Shown here piece after piece: positions 15,335 through 24,877 of a stretch of DNA of 64,000 bases (positions are counted from its first letter, which is position 1; each line of letters opens with the position of its first letter). The notes beneath the pieces were generated by a model. That model saw nothing but the letters and a program-made list of their open reading frames with translations. It had not been told where the DNA came from and made no database searches. Origin of the DNA: a virus. The stretch spans positions 215-64,214 of the IMG/VR virus record IMGVR_UViG_3300047160_015936. One strand, written 5' to 3'. The translations under genes were made by a program, and so were the position numbers.

Positions 15335-18313
15335 TTGAATCGTTACGTCTTCTCCCCTGATTGGCCGACCGTCTCGCGTAATCCCGCCGACATGCTCGCG
15401 TATGCGTCCGCGCCGGTGATCGGGTTGGACACCGAATTTGACTCGAACGAGACCCCGACGATTCTTGGCGTGTCCGACGGAATCTCAGCCGTTTGTGACA
15501 CTTGGGAGAACGCTCGACCCTACCTCATCGAACTTCTCCGCCGTAACCCTAACGTTCGCATCGTCGGTCACGCAATCATCTCCTCGGACCTTTTCGTGAT
15601 GGAAAAAGCCGGGATTGTGCTTCCGTTAACGTCAATCGACGACACAATGTTGCGGTGGTGGTTGTCGAATGCTCATCTTTGTAAGGCGAGTGGAAAATCT
15701 TCCCTTGAGGAAGACGAAGGCGAGAGACGCGGTCGTGGATTCATGAATCTCGGAAGCATGTGCTCCGTCACGACTTCGTTATCGTTTTGGAAGCAATGTC
15801 GGGGCGAGACTTGTGACGACAACGTTCCTTGTCCGAAGCATAACATCTTCAGTTATTGCGGCATGGACGCATTAGGAGCCGCACAGGCACACACCGAAGT
15901 CTCCCGCCTCTGTCGGTTTCGTAATGTCGAAAAACTCTATCCGATGCACCGGGAGCTGGCTTTTCAGCTCGCCGAGATGTCGCGTCATGGAGTGACTGTG
16001 GACGTTCCTTACCTAACTCAAATGCGAACCGAGTTCGAACAAGATAAACGTCTTCTAGAGAAACAGTGTAACACTCTTGGTTTTAATCCTGATTCTCCAA
16101 AACAGGTGAAAGAGTTCTTTGCGCAGCAGAAAATTATTCTGTCGGACGCGCAAGAAGAGACGATTCGAAACGCCGTTGAGGAGTATCCGGAAAACGATGA
16201 CTTAGGACTTCTGCTGGATTACAAGGAACTTGGAAACGGGCCGGATCGGTGGTTCAAGGAACGTTACCGGGACGAAAAAGGCTGGTGGAAGGGATTTTTG
16301 ACGCCGGAAGGGAAAGTCCATTGTAGAATTGGTTTTTTCACTTCTTCGGGGCGGCTCAACGCAGTTGACCCAAATCTCCAGAACACACCGCGCAGAAGGC
16401 TCGACCGCACGTGGTGTGATTGTTCTCACGAAGTCAGTCATCATCAGGACAGACGGGGACGTTGTTCCGAATGTGAGTGTGTTCAGTTCAAGGGACAAAG
16501 TGTCGGTAAGAAAGTCCGGCGGGCGATTATCGCCCCGGAAGGTCACTATCTCCTGAAAGCCGACTACCAAAACGGCGAGAACCGAGTCTACCTTCACCTC
16601 GCCGGTTACCGCGACATTCCTCCAGGGTTGGATTTCCACACATGGATGGCGGATAATATCGGACTTGATCCGAACGAAGAGTTCTCGGTAAAAATGGGCG
16701 GAAGAAGAGAAGCGGCGAAATCGACTACTCACGGATGCCTGACAGGAGATCATGAAGTTCTCACAAGACAAGGTTGGATACCAATTGCCGACGCCAAAGA
16801 CAAGGAAATCGCCCAATGGAGCACCGACGGGATCGTTAGTTTTGTAATGCCGACGAAATTTCATCAGTATTCTTACTCCGGAGAGATGCTGGAAATTTCT
16901 GGCAGAGGACTCAAGACACACGTTACGAAAGATCATCTCTTTCCCGCGTATAGTCTTGGTCACTGGCGAGACAAACAGTATCAGAATTATTACAAAGTTC
17001 CTTTTGAGGAAATCAAAACCAGTTATCGTATTCCTGTTTGTGGACAATTACATTTCGAAGAAGCAGAATCTCTATCTGACTTGGAAATCCGACAAGGAGT
17101 GGCAATTCAAGCCGACGCGTCAAGAGTTTGCCAGCGAGCTGAATTTCACCTTGTACGGGAAAGAAAAAAGAAAAGAATTGAGGAGTTGTTTGGCGTTGAA
17201 GGGAGACCGTGCGGATGTCACCCGACCGGGAAGCGTTACAAGGTAACGGTGAACTCAAGAATCATCGGTGACGGAAGCAAAAAAGGGAAAAGTTTTAACG
17301 AAAATGTTCTTAAGATGTCGCAACGGCAACGAGAGATATTCCTTCAGGAGATTTTGTTGTGGGACGGGAGTCAGGGAAAGCATAACATTAAAGTTTATTC
17401 CAACACGGATAGAACTTCTCTTCTGTGGGCGCAAACGATTGCGCATCTGTCGTCTCGGCAGGCGCTCATGCGGTTAGAAAAACATAACAGCGGTTTTTCG
17501 CAACACGCCAAGCCGATATGGAGACTTTCGTTCAACCGCAGACGATTTGCCGCGCGAGAGTGTCTGACGTATGAGAGAAAAAATTACGTCGGAATGGATG
17601 TGTATTGTTTCACCGTCCCTTCGGGTTACTTTCTTGTTCGTTGTCAGGATACGATTTCGGTTACCGGAAACAGCGATTATCTTGAGGGTCTTCAACTCAA
17701 ATCCGACACCGAACTTCGCAAGCCGAGACTAAAAGCCGAGATCGACGCGGGAGCGAGACTGGTGTTTCCGGAGTGGAAGTTCAACAGACAAACGGTGACG
17801 TTTACCGGAGCGAATCTCGCAAGACGCGCTTTCGGCGACGCGTCATGGGAGTCGCGTAAACGCGCGTTAGGCGTGGTTTCGCGTTACTTTGACAGTTATC
17901 CGGGGATACGTGATCTTCAGCGGAGAATCACGGAACAATGTGAACGAGACAAAGCTGTGATTACTCCGTTGGGGTATTATTTGTTAAGCTATGGTCCGGA
18001 CGAAGACCGGATGAAACAAGCTGCTGCGGTGTGGGGCAGTTTGCCGATTGCTCACCTGACGAAGCTGGCGTTAATTGGCGCGAAGAAACACGAGTTGTAT
18101 ACTTCCGGGAGGTGGTTTCCGATTTTGCAAATACACGACGAGCTGCTTGTGGAAGTGAGAAATGACGTACCGCCGGAAGAAGCCGCGAGAGCATTACGTC
18201 AATGCATGGAACAGACACTCGAAGACCTCGATGGTTTCTGGAACCCGGTGGAGGTTTCGTTCGGACCGAATTGGCGCGACATGAAGAAGATTACACGAGA
18301 GGAGACAAAATGA
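15335..18313 (+). CDS. Family A DNA polymerase (3'-5' exonuclease + polymerase), intein-containing
   Basis: ExoI LDTE, ExoIII YCGMD, SGRL...PNLQN, motif A ADYQNGE, motif B R..AKSTTHG-SDY, motif C QIHDELL. Confidence 0.95.
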   Translation: MNRYVFSPDWPTVSRNPADMLAYASAPVIGLDTEFDSNETPTILGVSDGISAVCDTWENARPYLIELLRRNPNVRIVGHAIISSDLFVMEKAGIVLPLTSIDDTMLRWWLSNAHLCKASGKSSLEEDEGERRGRGFMNLGSMCSVTTSLSFWKQCRGETCDDNVPCPKHNIFSYCGMDALGAAQAHTEVSRLCRFRNVEKLYPMHRELAFQLAEMSRHGVTVDVPYLTQMRTEFEQDKRLLEKQCNTLGFNPDSPKQVKEFFAQQKIILSDAQEETIRNAVEEYPENDDLGLLLDYKELGNGPDRWFKERYRDEKGWWKGFLTPEGKVHCRIGFFTSSGRLNAVDPNLQNTPRRRLDRTWCDCSHEVSHHQDRRGRCSECECVQFKGQSVGKKVRRAIIAPEGHYLLKADYQNGENRVYLHLAGYRDIPPGLDFHTWMADNIGLDPNEEFSVKMGGRREAAKSTTHGCLTGDHEVLTRQGWIPIADAKDKEIAQWSTDGIVSFVMPTKFHQYSYSGEMLEISGRGLKTHVTKDHLFPAYSLGHWRDKQYQNYYKVPFEEIKTSYRIPVCGQLHFEEAESLSDLEIRQGVAIQADASRVCQRAEFHLVRERKKKRIEELFGVEGRPCGCHPTGKRYKVTVNSRIIGDGSKKGKSFNENVLKMSQRQREIFLQEILLWDGSQGKHNIKVYSNTDRTSLLWAQTIAHLSSRQALMRLEKHNSGFSQHAKPIWRLSFNRRRFAARECLTYERKNYVGMDVYCFTVPSGYFLVRCQDTISVTGNSDYLEGLQLKSDTELRKPRLKAEIDAGARLVFPEWKFNRQTVTFTGANLARRAFGDASWESRKRALGVVSRYFDSYPGIRDLQRRITEQCERDKAVITPLGYYLLSYGPDEDRMKQAAAVWGSLPIAHLTKLALIGAKKHELYTSGRWFPILQIHDELLVEVRNDVPPEEAARALRQCMEQTLEDLDGFWNPVEVSFGPNWRDMKKITREETK
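16736..17671 (+). mobile_element. Intein (312 aa) with probable LAGLIDADG endonuclease, in PolA motif B
   Basis: G|CLTGDHEVLTRQGW, block B VTKDH, VYCFTVPSG...VTGN|S; AIQADAS and LLWDGS motifs. Confidence 0.93.
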
Positions 18314-18522
18314 TTCTACGTAACGCGATTGAGTGTCGCAAGTGTGGAGACACGATTGAATCTCGGTCGGTTCATGATTTTAAGTTCTGCTCTTGTGGAG
18401 CAGTTTTTGTCGATGGCGGACGAGAGTATCTCCGCTGGGGAGGCAGTCTCGACGACATCATCGACCGTTCGGAAGTCATTGAAATGAAAGAAGATACTCA
18501 GAAAGACCCAAAAAAGGTATAA
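18310..18522 (+). CDS. Conserved phage Zn-ribbon protein
   Basis: NAIECRKCGDTIES...HDF..CSCGAV.VDGG. Confidence 0.8.
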   Translation: MILRNAIECRKCGDTIESRSVHDFKFCSCGAVFVDGGREYLRWGGSLDDIIDRSEVIEMKEDTQKDPKKV

Positions 18523-18615
18523 TCAGAGTGAGGCAGTTATGCTCTGGTGGTTGGGAATTTGCGACTATCGGGACGTGGAAGCGATGGACGAGGCGACGGC
18601 TCCACAGGAGGCAGG

Positions 18616-19737
18616 ATGGCTAAGAAGAAGAAACGGAAAGACGTTCTCGAACAGGTACGGAAACTTTCACAGGAGCAGGTTACTTTAACTGCATCGGATC
18701 GTGAGCAATTTCTCCGCGCCGAAGTGGCACGGCTTCGGAATGAGCTGTCGCAGACACACAAGTTAAAGGGCTACTACGAAGTTCTCTCGGAAGAAATTTC
18801 CGGTGCGATTGAGGCGTTAGAACCGCTGAAAGCCAAACCATATGTCTCGTCTGGGCGTCTCGCCGAATCAGAAATGTCCGCAGTGATTAAGTTGTCGGAT
18901 TGGCATATCGGGGCAGTGTCGAAGTCGCAGGAGACGGAAGGGTTTGGAGAGTTCAATTGGTCTTTGGCGCAGGAACGGACGCAGTACATCGCGCAGAAGT
19001 TTCTGGGATGGGTGGAGAGTCATCGGAGATCGTTTAAGATTCCTCGACTCTATGTGCTCTCCGAAGGCGACATGGTGTCGGGGAACATTCACTACGAACT
19101 CGACGTGACGAACGAGTTTCCGGTGCCGGTACAAGCGGTAAAAGCCGGGGGGCTTCTGGCACAGACCATCGCAACGTTCGCACCGCACTTTCCTGAGATT
19201 CATCTCTCCGAAATCAACATTGACAATCATTCGCGGTTGACGAAAAAGTTACAATTTGCGCAGGGCGGGGAGAATTCGTGGGGGTATGTTGTTCACGCCG
19301 TCGCAAATGCGCTGCTGGAGAAGCATAAGAACGTCAATCTCATCGAGCATAAAGGTATCCGGGGTGTTGTGAATATTAACGGCGTTCCGGTGCTCACCGA
19401 GCACGGGCATACGGTAAAGGCGTGGAACGGAATTCCATGGTACGGCATCGAGCGTCTTCGCGGTAAGGAAGCGTCGAAGCGAATGACGGCGTTTTTGGAA
19501 CAGGCGAAACGAGAACACAAGACTCTGCAAAATGAAATCGGGTTTCGGTATATGTCGAACGGGCATTGGCATGTGGGGAGTTGGACGAGCGGGAATATTT
19601 TGACGAACGGATGTTTGCCGGGAACGACGGAATACGATCATGCGGCGGGGCGTTACGCTCCTCCGGGGCAGATGTCGTTTCTGATGCACCCCCGGCACGG
19701 GATTTTCGATCTTACGGTGTGGGGAGTGAAGCGGTGA
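18616..19737 (+). CDS. Calcineurin-like metallophosphoesterase
   Basis: SDWHIG, GDMV, DNH, EHGH, GHWH. Confidence 0.85.
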   Translation: MAKKKKRKDVLEQVRKLSQEQVTLTASDREQFLRAEVARLRNELSQTHKLKGYYEVLSEEISGAIEALEPLKAKPYVSSGRLAESEMSAVIKLSDWHIGAVSKSQETEGFGEFNWSLAQERTQYIAQKFLGWVESHRRSFKIPRLYVLSEGDMVSGNIHYELDVTNEFPVPVQAVKAGGLLAQTIATFAPHFPEIHLSEINIDNHSRLTKKLQFAQGGENSWGYVVHAVANALLEKHKNVNLIEHKGIRGVVNINGVPVLTEHGHTVKAWNGIPWYGIERLRGKEASKRMTAFLEQAKREHKTLQNEIGFRYMSNGHWHVGSWTSGNILTNGCLPGTTEYDHAAGRYAPPGQMSFLMHPRHGIFDLTVWGVKR

Positions 19738-20342
19738 AGAGGCTGGTGTATCTTCGTCACACGAAAACCGCGTTTAACGCTGAACCGATGAGACTACGTG
19801 GAGGGTTGAACGTGCCGTTGAGTGACGACGGCTTGGCGCAGATACCCAGCGTCGTCAGGAGAGTGAAAACGGCTTACCCGGACGTGAAAAGGATTTTCTC
19901 CTCGCCGCTCGACCGTGCGAGCATTCTGGCGACGACGGTCGCGAGTGAGTATGGGTTGACCGTGACGGAGCTGCCGGAGCTGCGGAGTCTCGATTATGGG
20001 ATTTTCAACGGACGAGTCGTTTCGGAAGTGATGGATATGCTGAAGACGCTGACGTCGCTGCCGGGAAGAGACCTTTCTCCGCGTGACGGCGAGAGTATGG
20101 GAGATTTTCTTGAACGGATAGCTGCGGGGGTGAAACATGTAACTGCGGAGGCTCCGGAAGAGGGGTGTGTTATTATCGTCACACACTTACAGAATATTAT
20201 GATTTCCCGCGCGTATCTGCGAGCGGGTATGCCGGACGACGTGAGACGAATGCCGTATGAGTATCGCGAGACGAATGAAGTCGAACCGGGGACGTGGGTA
20301 GACCTAAGACGTGAGTGGGTGGAGAATGGAGACAAGGTATGA
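19734..20342 (+). CDS. Histidine phosphatase (PGM superfamily)
   Basis: YLRHTKT, PLS, SSPLDRA, GES, IVTH. Confidence 0.88.
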   Translation: MKRLVYLRHTKTAFNAEPMRLRGGLNVPLSDDGLAQIPSVVRRVKTAYPDVKRIFSSPLDRASILATTVASEYGLTVTELPELRSLDYGIFNGRVVSEVMDMLKTLTSLPGRDLSPRDGESMGDFLERIAAGVKHVTAEAPEEGCVIIVTHLQNIMISRAYLRAGMPDDVRRMPYEYRETNEVEPGTWVDLRREWVENGDKV

Positions 20343-20839
20343 AGAAAGCCGAATTGCAGCAATGTAGACGGATCGTTCAGGACTACGACGAGAAATTACA
20401 GTTTTTAGATCATGAAGAGTTTTGGGTAATCGTTAAGAAACAAGATGTTCCGGAAGAAACGATAAAACTGCTTCGATCTGCGTATCATCGTGTGGCAGCA
20501 TGGAAAGAAGACGGGAAAATTCCAAGATCGACATTCCTTATGCGAAAAGAAACTCTGCGTCTTGCGGAAAACGGTTACATCCCGATTATCTTTTCGTTTA
20601 TCGATATTCCAAGTCACAGAATCCGAGAAATTTTGGTCGCGTCGGAAGAAGGCGAGCAGTACCGGTCTTTTTATTTCCGAAAACCGAATCCAATTGAACA
20701 AGCGCATAAACTGGCTTGGGAGGTTTTTCAGTACTACGATCTGGAGAATAGCGAAACGGCTAAGGAACGGCAATATAAGAATGAATTAGCTCAGGACCAA
20801 TCACGAGAAACACGAAGACTTTTTGGAGAAAAAGCATGA
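20339..20839 (+). CDS. Hypothetical protein
   Basis: ATGA overlaps; AT-richer. Confidence 0.65.
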   Translation: MKKAELQQCRRIVQDYDEKLQFLDHEEFWVIVKKQDVPEETIKLLRSAYHRVAAWKEDGKIPRSTFLMRKETLRLAENGYIPIIFSFIDIPSHRIREILVASEEGEQYRSFYFRKPNPIEQAHKLAWEVFQYYDLENSETAKERQYKNELAQDQSRETRRLFGEKA

Positions 20840-21057
20840 ATGGACAGAAGACGTATGAAGTGTACGATTTGCGAACGAATGTCATTATGCAAATGCTCAA
20901 CGCGGATTACTTTGATGTTTTTGCGCCGTATACAGGGGTAGGAATGGCGTCATTTTATCGTTTCTTTTATAACGACCCAAACGATGCGACGAAGTCGATT
21001 TTGGGTACGGCGATCCCGGCGCTCGGCGACACAAGTGTAAGAGAGAAAACCGTGTGA
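20836..21057 (+). CDS. Hypothetical protein
   Basis: SD GGAG, overlaps. Confidence 0.55.
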   Translation: MNGQKTYEVYDLRTNVIMQMLNADYFDVFAPYTGVGMASFYRFFYNDPNDATKSILGTAIPALGDTSVREKTV

Positions 21058-21656
21058 GTAAACCGATTGTGTTATATTTTCTCCGGCACGCGCATACCCG
21101 TGCGAATGACTCCGACGAGGAGAAGATTCGTGGACAGATGGAGTGTCCGGCGACGGCGTCAGGACTCGCCGAGGTACGCAAGACGGCGGAGAGACTCAAG
21201 AAAAAGAACATCGTCTTCGATGCAATATTCACGTCGCCGCTGGGACGTTCGCGTAAGTCCGCGAAAGAAGTCAGCGACGTTTACGGCGGTGTGCACACGC
21301 TTGTCGTGAAAGGACTGGCGTCGTGGAATCAGGGAGACTTGCAGGGAAAGCCGGTGACGTCGTACGGCGCGCGCGAGGAGTGGTACGTGGAGCATCCAAC
21401 GGTGCGTGTTCCGAACGGCGATAGTTACGAGACCTTCCTGCGCGAGTGGGGAAATTCGTTAAAAAGCATCATTCGCTATGCCGAAGCGAACCCTGACTCG
21501 ACAATTCTCGTTGTGACTCACTCGAAGAACCTCAAGAGTCTCCGGAGACTATTGACAAATCAATCCGGGAAGAGTGATAATGATGTTGTCGTCCCGGACA
21601 ACGCCGGAGTGTGGCGGGTGAGCGTCGGGGACAAAGTCGTGATTACGGAGTTGTAA
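21054..21656 (+). CDS. Second histidine phosphatase (PGM superfamily)
   Basis: FLRHAHT, TSPLGRS, PNGDS, VVTH. Confidence 0.88.
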   Translation: MSKPIVLYFLRHAHTRANDSDEEKIRGQMECPATASGLAEVRKTAERLKKKNIVFDAIFTSPLGRSRKSAKEVSDVYGGVHTLVVKGLASWNQGDLQGKPVTSYGAREEWYVEHPTVRVPNGDSYETFLREWGNSLKSIIRYAEANPDSTILVVTHSKNLKSLRRLLTNQSGKSDNDVVVPDNAGVWRVSVGDKVVITEL

Positions 21657-22105
21657 TGCCTCCTCTTAAGGTCTACATCGCCGCGCCGTTTTCGTGGAAG
21701 AATACGACGGCTTTGGAAGTGAATGACAGGATTAACGAAGCCGGTCATATCGTCACATCGTCGTGGCTGGCCGAAACCCTGAACCCAAACGCGACTTTGG
21801 AAGACGCGGGAGAGAGTTACTGGCGTCAGGTGTCACAACAAGACCTTGACGACATCGACGCGGCTGATGTCTTCGTCCTCATGACGATCCCGCCGGATCA
21901 GGCAAAGCCTCGCGGGGGACGACATGTCGAATTCGGCTACGCGATGGCGAAGAAGAAATTTCTCCTCATTCTCGGTCCGCGTGAGAATATCTTTCATTAC
22001 CTTCCTCGGGTGTGTGTTTGTGAAGACATTCGGGACGTTGTCACGAACCTGAACGCAATCGCGACGGCGCAAAATCTTCTGGGGATGTATTGTGAAAAAG
22101 ATTAA
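21656..22105 (+). CDS. Nucleoside 2-deoxyribosyltransferase-like protein
   Basis: KVYIAAPF, DLDDIDAAD, GGRHVEFGYA. Confidence 0.82.
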   Translation: MPPLKVYIAAPFSWKNTTALEVNDRINEAGHIVTSSWLAETLNPNATLEDAGESYWRQVSQQDLDDIDAADVFVLMTIPPDQAKPRGGRHVEFGYAMAKKKFLLILGPRENIFHYLPRVCVCEDIRDVVTNLNAIATAQNLLGMYCEKD

Positions 22106-22358
22106 AAACTACTCCGCGCGGAGAAAACACGTTTGGGAGCGAGTGAATATCGTCGAGGGACGCGTGAGGCAAGACCGGATCGACAACGATCCGAGCGTTT
22201 TCACCACGAGAGAGTTCGCCGAAAAGTTCGGATTGTCCGACAGGACGGCAAGAGCACGCTTGCAGGTTCTTCTGGAAGCCGGGAAGCTGGAAACGACACG
22301 GGCGGTTCGCAGAACCGTTCGCGGCGTCGCCGCAGTAATCGCTTATAAGTTAGCGTAA
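22092..22358 (+). CDS. Winged-helix DNA-binding protein
   Basis: FTTREFAEKFGLSDRTARARLQ.L...G.L. Confidence 0.75.
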   Translation: MKKIKNYSARRKHVWERVNIVEGRVRQDRIDNDPSVFTTREFAEKFGLSDRTARARLQVLLEAGKLETTRAVRRTVRGVAAVIAYKLA

Positions 22359-22400
22359 GACGTTTTCGTTTTTCTCGGAGGAGAGAAACGGACAGGATGA

Positions 22401-22649
22401 GTGGACACGGAATCGGGACAGAACGAGCATAAACTTTGGCTTCACGTAATCCTGCGAGCGGTGCAAGATGCCGAGGGGAACGTCACCTATGCGGAAGACG
22501 CGAGAGACGCGAAGAGACTTCAGTCACGGGCGCGGAAATGGTTGACGCGGGATAGCAAGAGTTACCGCAAGGTGTGTCTCTGGGCCGGATTGACGCAGGA
22601 ACAGTCAACGTTGTTACAAGAAGAGTGGAGGAAAAGAAGACGTGTTTAA
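22401..22649 (+). CDS. Conserved phage hypothetical protein
   Basis: LW..VI.RA..DA...AR.WL...VC..AGL. Confidence 0.7.
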   Translation: MDTESGQNEHKLWLHVILRAVQDAEGNVTYAEDARDAKRLQSRARKWLTRDSKSYRKVCLWAGLTQEQSTLLQEEWRKRRRV

Positions 22650-23184
22650 AGACTTCTTGGTGAGAAAAGCGAACGACGAGACCCGAGACTCACGAGACTC
22701 GCTTGTCGATGCTCCTCGAGCGATTTGGCCGTTACATGCGAACGAAGACGAGAATGGACAGGCTGATGGGTTTGCGGGAATTGACGAAAACATTCACGAT
22801 CATCTTCTTGCATGTGCAGCGATCACGGCGACTTCGCGGCCTGACCCGAAAATTGGTATCGGTGGAGCGCCAACACGAAACACGACGTTACCGACCGACG
22901 GCAAGGAGCGCAAGAAGTATCCGATGTTCAGTGGATTGCTCGCGTACTTCCCGGACGCGCTTGCCGCCGTTGCCCATGTGTCTTGGGTCGGAAACGAACA
23001 ACACAATCCCGGCAAGCCGTTACATTGGGACAGGAGCAAAAGCGGTGACGAGTGGGATACACTGACGAGGCATTTGTCGCAAGCCGGAACACGAGACTCC
23101 GACGGCACGCGTCACTCGGCGAAGATTGCTTGGAGAGCCCTCGCGGCTTTACAAAAAGAAATCGAAGAAGAGGAGAAATTCTGA
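22642..23184 (+). CDS. dATP/dGTP diphosphohydrolase-like (DUF5664-type) protein
   Basis: YFPDALAAVAHVS..GNEQHNPG..LHWDR.KS.D...RHL...H.AK.AWRALA. Confidence 0.78.
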   Translation: MFKDFLVRKANDETRDSRDSLVDAPRAIWPLHANEDENGQADGFAGIDENIHDHLLACAAITATSRPDPKIGIGGAPTRNTTLPTDGKERKKYPMFSGLLAYFPDALAAVAHVSWVGNEQHNPGKPLHWDRSKSGDEWDTLTRHLSQAGTRDSDGTRHSAKIAWRALAALQKEIEEEEKF

Positions 23185-23438
23185 TGAACAGTTCCATGGT
23201 TCCGAAAATCGCCGCTGGACAGGCACAGGCACGGATGACTGAACTATATCCGGAAGACCTTCAGAGGACATTTTCTATTCTGGAGTCGTTGAAAAACCGT
23301 CGCGAGGTATTGACTCAACAGCTCGCGGATATCGAAAAAGTTATCCTCGCAATTGAAACGCATGAAGTTGTTTCGGAGACGCTGGAGACGCTGGAACGTC
23401 TTCGGAGTCATGCCTACACCAAACCCGAAAGATTCTGA
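23184..23438 (+). CDS. Coiled-coil hypothetical protein
   Basis: SD GAGGAG. Confidence 0.6.
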   Translation: MNSSMVPKIAAGQAQARMTELYPEDLQRTFSILESLKNRREVLTQQLADIEKVILAIETHEVVSETLETLERLRSHAYTKPERF

Positions 23439-23455
23439 AGGAGACGTAAACGTTT

Positions 23456-23830
23456 ATGACTTTTCTCAAACAAATCGGTTTGTGGCTGGCGAAAGCCGTG
23501 CCACGGGCCATCGAGTTCTTTCCTCTTTTCGGCGGGTTTCTTCATCCGAAGACATCGACGACAATCGGGAATGATCTGGTGACGTTACAACAGATTGTGA
23601 CAACCGTTGAGGCTATCTTTGCCGCAACGCATGATCCTAACCTGAAGACCGGTCCCGAAAAATTCGCTGCGGCTCGTCCGCTTGTGAAGACACTGATTCA
23701 ACACTCCGAAGCCTTGGCCGGAAAGAACATCAAGGACACCGCGTTGTTCGATAAAGCCGTGGATGAGTATTTGCAGGCGACTGTGGACTTGCTGAACTCG
23801 GTTGATCCACCGACAGACCCTAAGAGCTAA
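23456..23830 (+). CDS. Hypothetical protein (possibly holin-like)
   Basis: Amphipathic N-terminus; G.EKF.AA motif. Confidence 0.65.
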   Translation: MTFLKQIGLWLAKAVPRAIEFFPLFGGFLHPKTSTTIGNDLVTLQQIVTTVEAIFAATHDPNLKTGPEKFAAARPLVKTLIQHSEALAGKNIKDTALFDKAVDEYLQATVDLLNSVDPPTDPKS

Positions 23831-23850
23831 GAAAAACACAAGAAACGACT

Positions 23851-23882
23851 AACCCCCGAGAGAGTCTTGGGGGTTTATTTTT
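23851..23882 (+). terminator. Rho-independent terminator ending the plus-strand arm
   Basis: aacccccgaga/tcttgggggtt stem + TATTTTT. Confidence 0.75.
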
Positions 23883-23892
23883 GGAGCCGCAA

Positions 23893-24132
23893 GTGAGAAA
23901 CAGTTTTCATCTCTACCCTGCTTGGTCATGCTGGAACTGGATAATCTTCACCGTCGTGACGCTGGTGTGGTTCAGCGTTTTGGAGTACCTTGGTCTCCGG
24001 CGCTGGCATGGCGCGATACCGTATTCATGGCTTCTCCGCGATGCGATTCCCCGGCTCGTCAGAGTCGCGTTAGTCGTCTGGTTACTTTACCACTTTGGCT
24101 TCTTGGGAAACGAATCTCAACCGTTACGCTGA
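23893..24132 (+). CDS. Small two-TM membrane protein
   Basis: GGAG + GTG; two hydrophobic helices. Confidence 0.5.
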   Translation: MRNSFHLYPAWSCWNWIIFTVVTLVWFSVLEYLGLRRWHGAIPYSWLLRDAIPRLVRVALVVWLLYHFGFLGNESQPLR

Positions 24133-24384
24133 TGGAGACACCGGCGAGGACGGAGACCCTGAAGGTGCTGCCGGGGGACTCGGAGGTTGTTTGTTCCCTC
24201 GCAGGAACAGAAGAAGCGCTCCGGAGACGGTCGAGTACGACGCCAGCGCCCAATCGATGAGTTTGTCGTTTGTGGGATCATTCGCCGCGCCGTGGTGAAA
24301 CAGATGCAGGATTAGGAATGTCAACGCGCCCACCCACGTCGCGAGCATTAACGCAGTCCAGTTTTCTTTGAACCATTCGGTCAT
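24124..24384 (-). CDS. Holin-like protein
   Basis: Two TM helices, directly after the endolysin. Confidence 0.65.
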   Translation of the reverse strand: MTEWFKENWTALMLATWVGALTFLILHLFHHGAANDPTNDKLIDWALASYSTVSGALLLFLRGNKQPPSPPAAPSGSPSSPVSPSA

Positions 24385-24394
24385 GAAATTCTCC

Positions 24395-24877
24395 TTATCC
24401 TACGGCGCGACGCATCCAGCCAAGGACGAAGACCGCGTTCGCCGGACGACGTAGGATTGTCAAAGCATAAAACGCCGCTACACGAGCGGAGAGTTCTTTC
24501 GCAAGGGCGTCCTCGTCAACAATCGACACCAAAGTCTCCGTTTGCTTTCCCCAAATACCGTCGCACGTGACGTCTTTGCCGGTGACGTAAGCGAGCGAGC
24601 GTTGCAGCAGAGTCACGGCTTCGGCGACTCCGACGTTGACGGAGAGAGAAAGAAGCTTGTTCGCGAGCGGCTGCGACGCGACGTTGTCGTAATGCCAGAA
24701 GTCTCGCCGGTAGATGTCTTCGGCTTGTTCGCGCGTAAGAGACCCGACGTCAACGTTGGGATAGCTTCTCTTGCTGATTCCGAACTTTGTCTCTCCGCCG
24801 ATATCGGCGACGTTGTCACTCTCTCCGCCTTCCCAGACGTCAATGAGTTCCCGAACGGCTTGGGTGAAGTCGGCCAT
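24395..24877 (-). CDS. Endolysin, glycoside hydrolase family 108 with peptidoglycan-binding domain
   Basis: WEGG...D.GGETKFGIS...YRRDFW; DGIWG; F..GW.RR. Confidence 0.92.
   Translation of the reverse strand: MADFTQAVRELIDVWEGGESDNVADIGGETKFGISKRSYPNVDVGSLTREQAEDIYRRDFWHYDNVASQPLANKLLSLSVNVGVAEAVTLLQRSLAYVTGKDVTCDGIWGKQTETLVSIVDEDALAKELSARVAAFYALTILRRPANAVFVLGWMRRAVG

Noticed and set aside
14146-23184. Z-genome or 7-deazaguanine DNA modification pathway
   Set aside because: MazG-like and DUF5664-like genes are present, but no PurZ, Que/FolE or DpdA-like ORF was seen.
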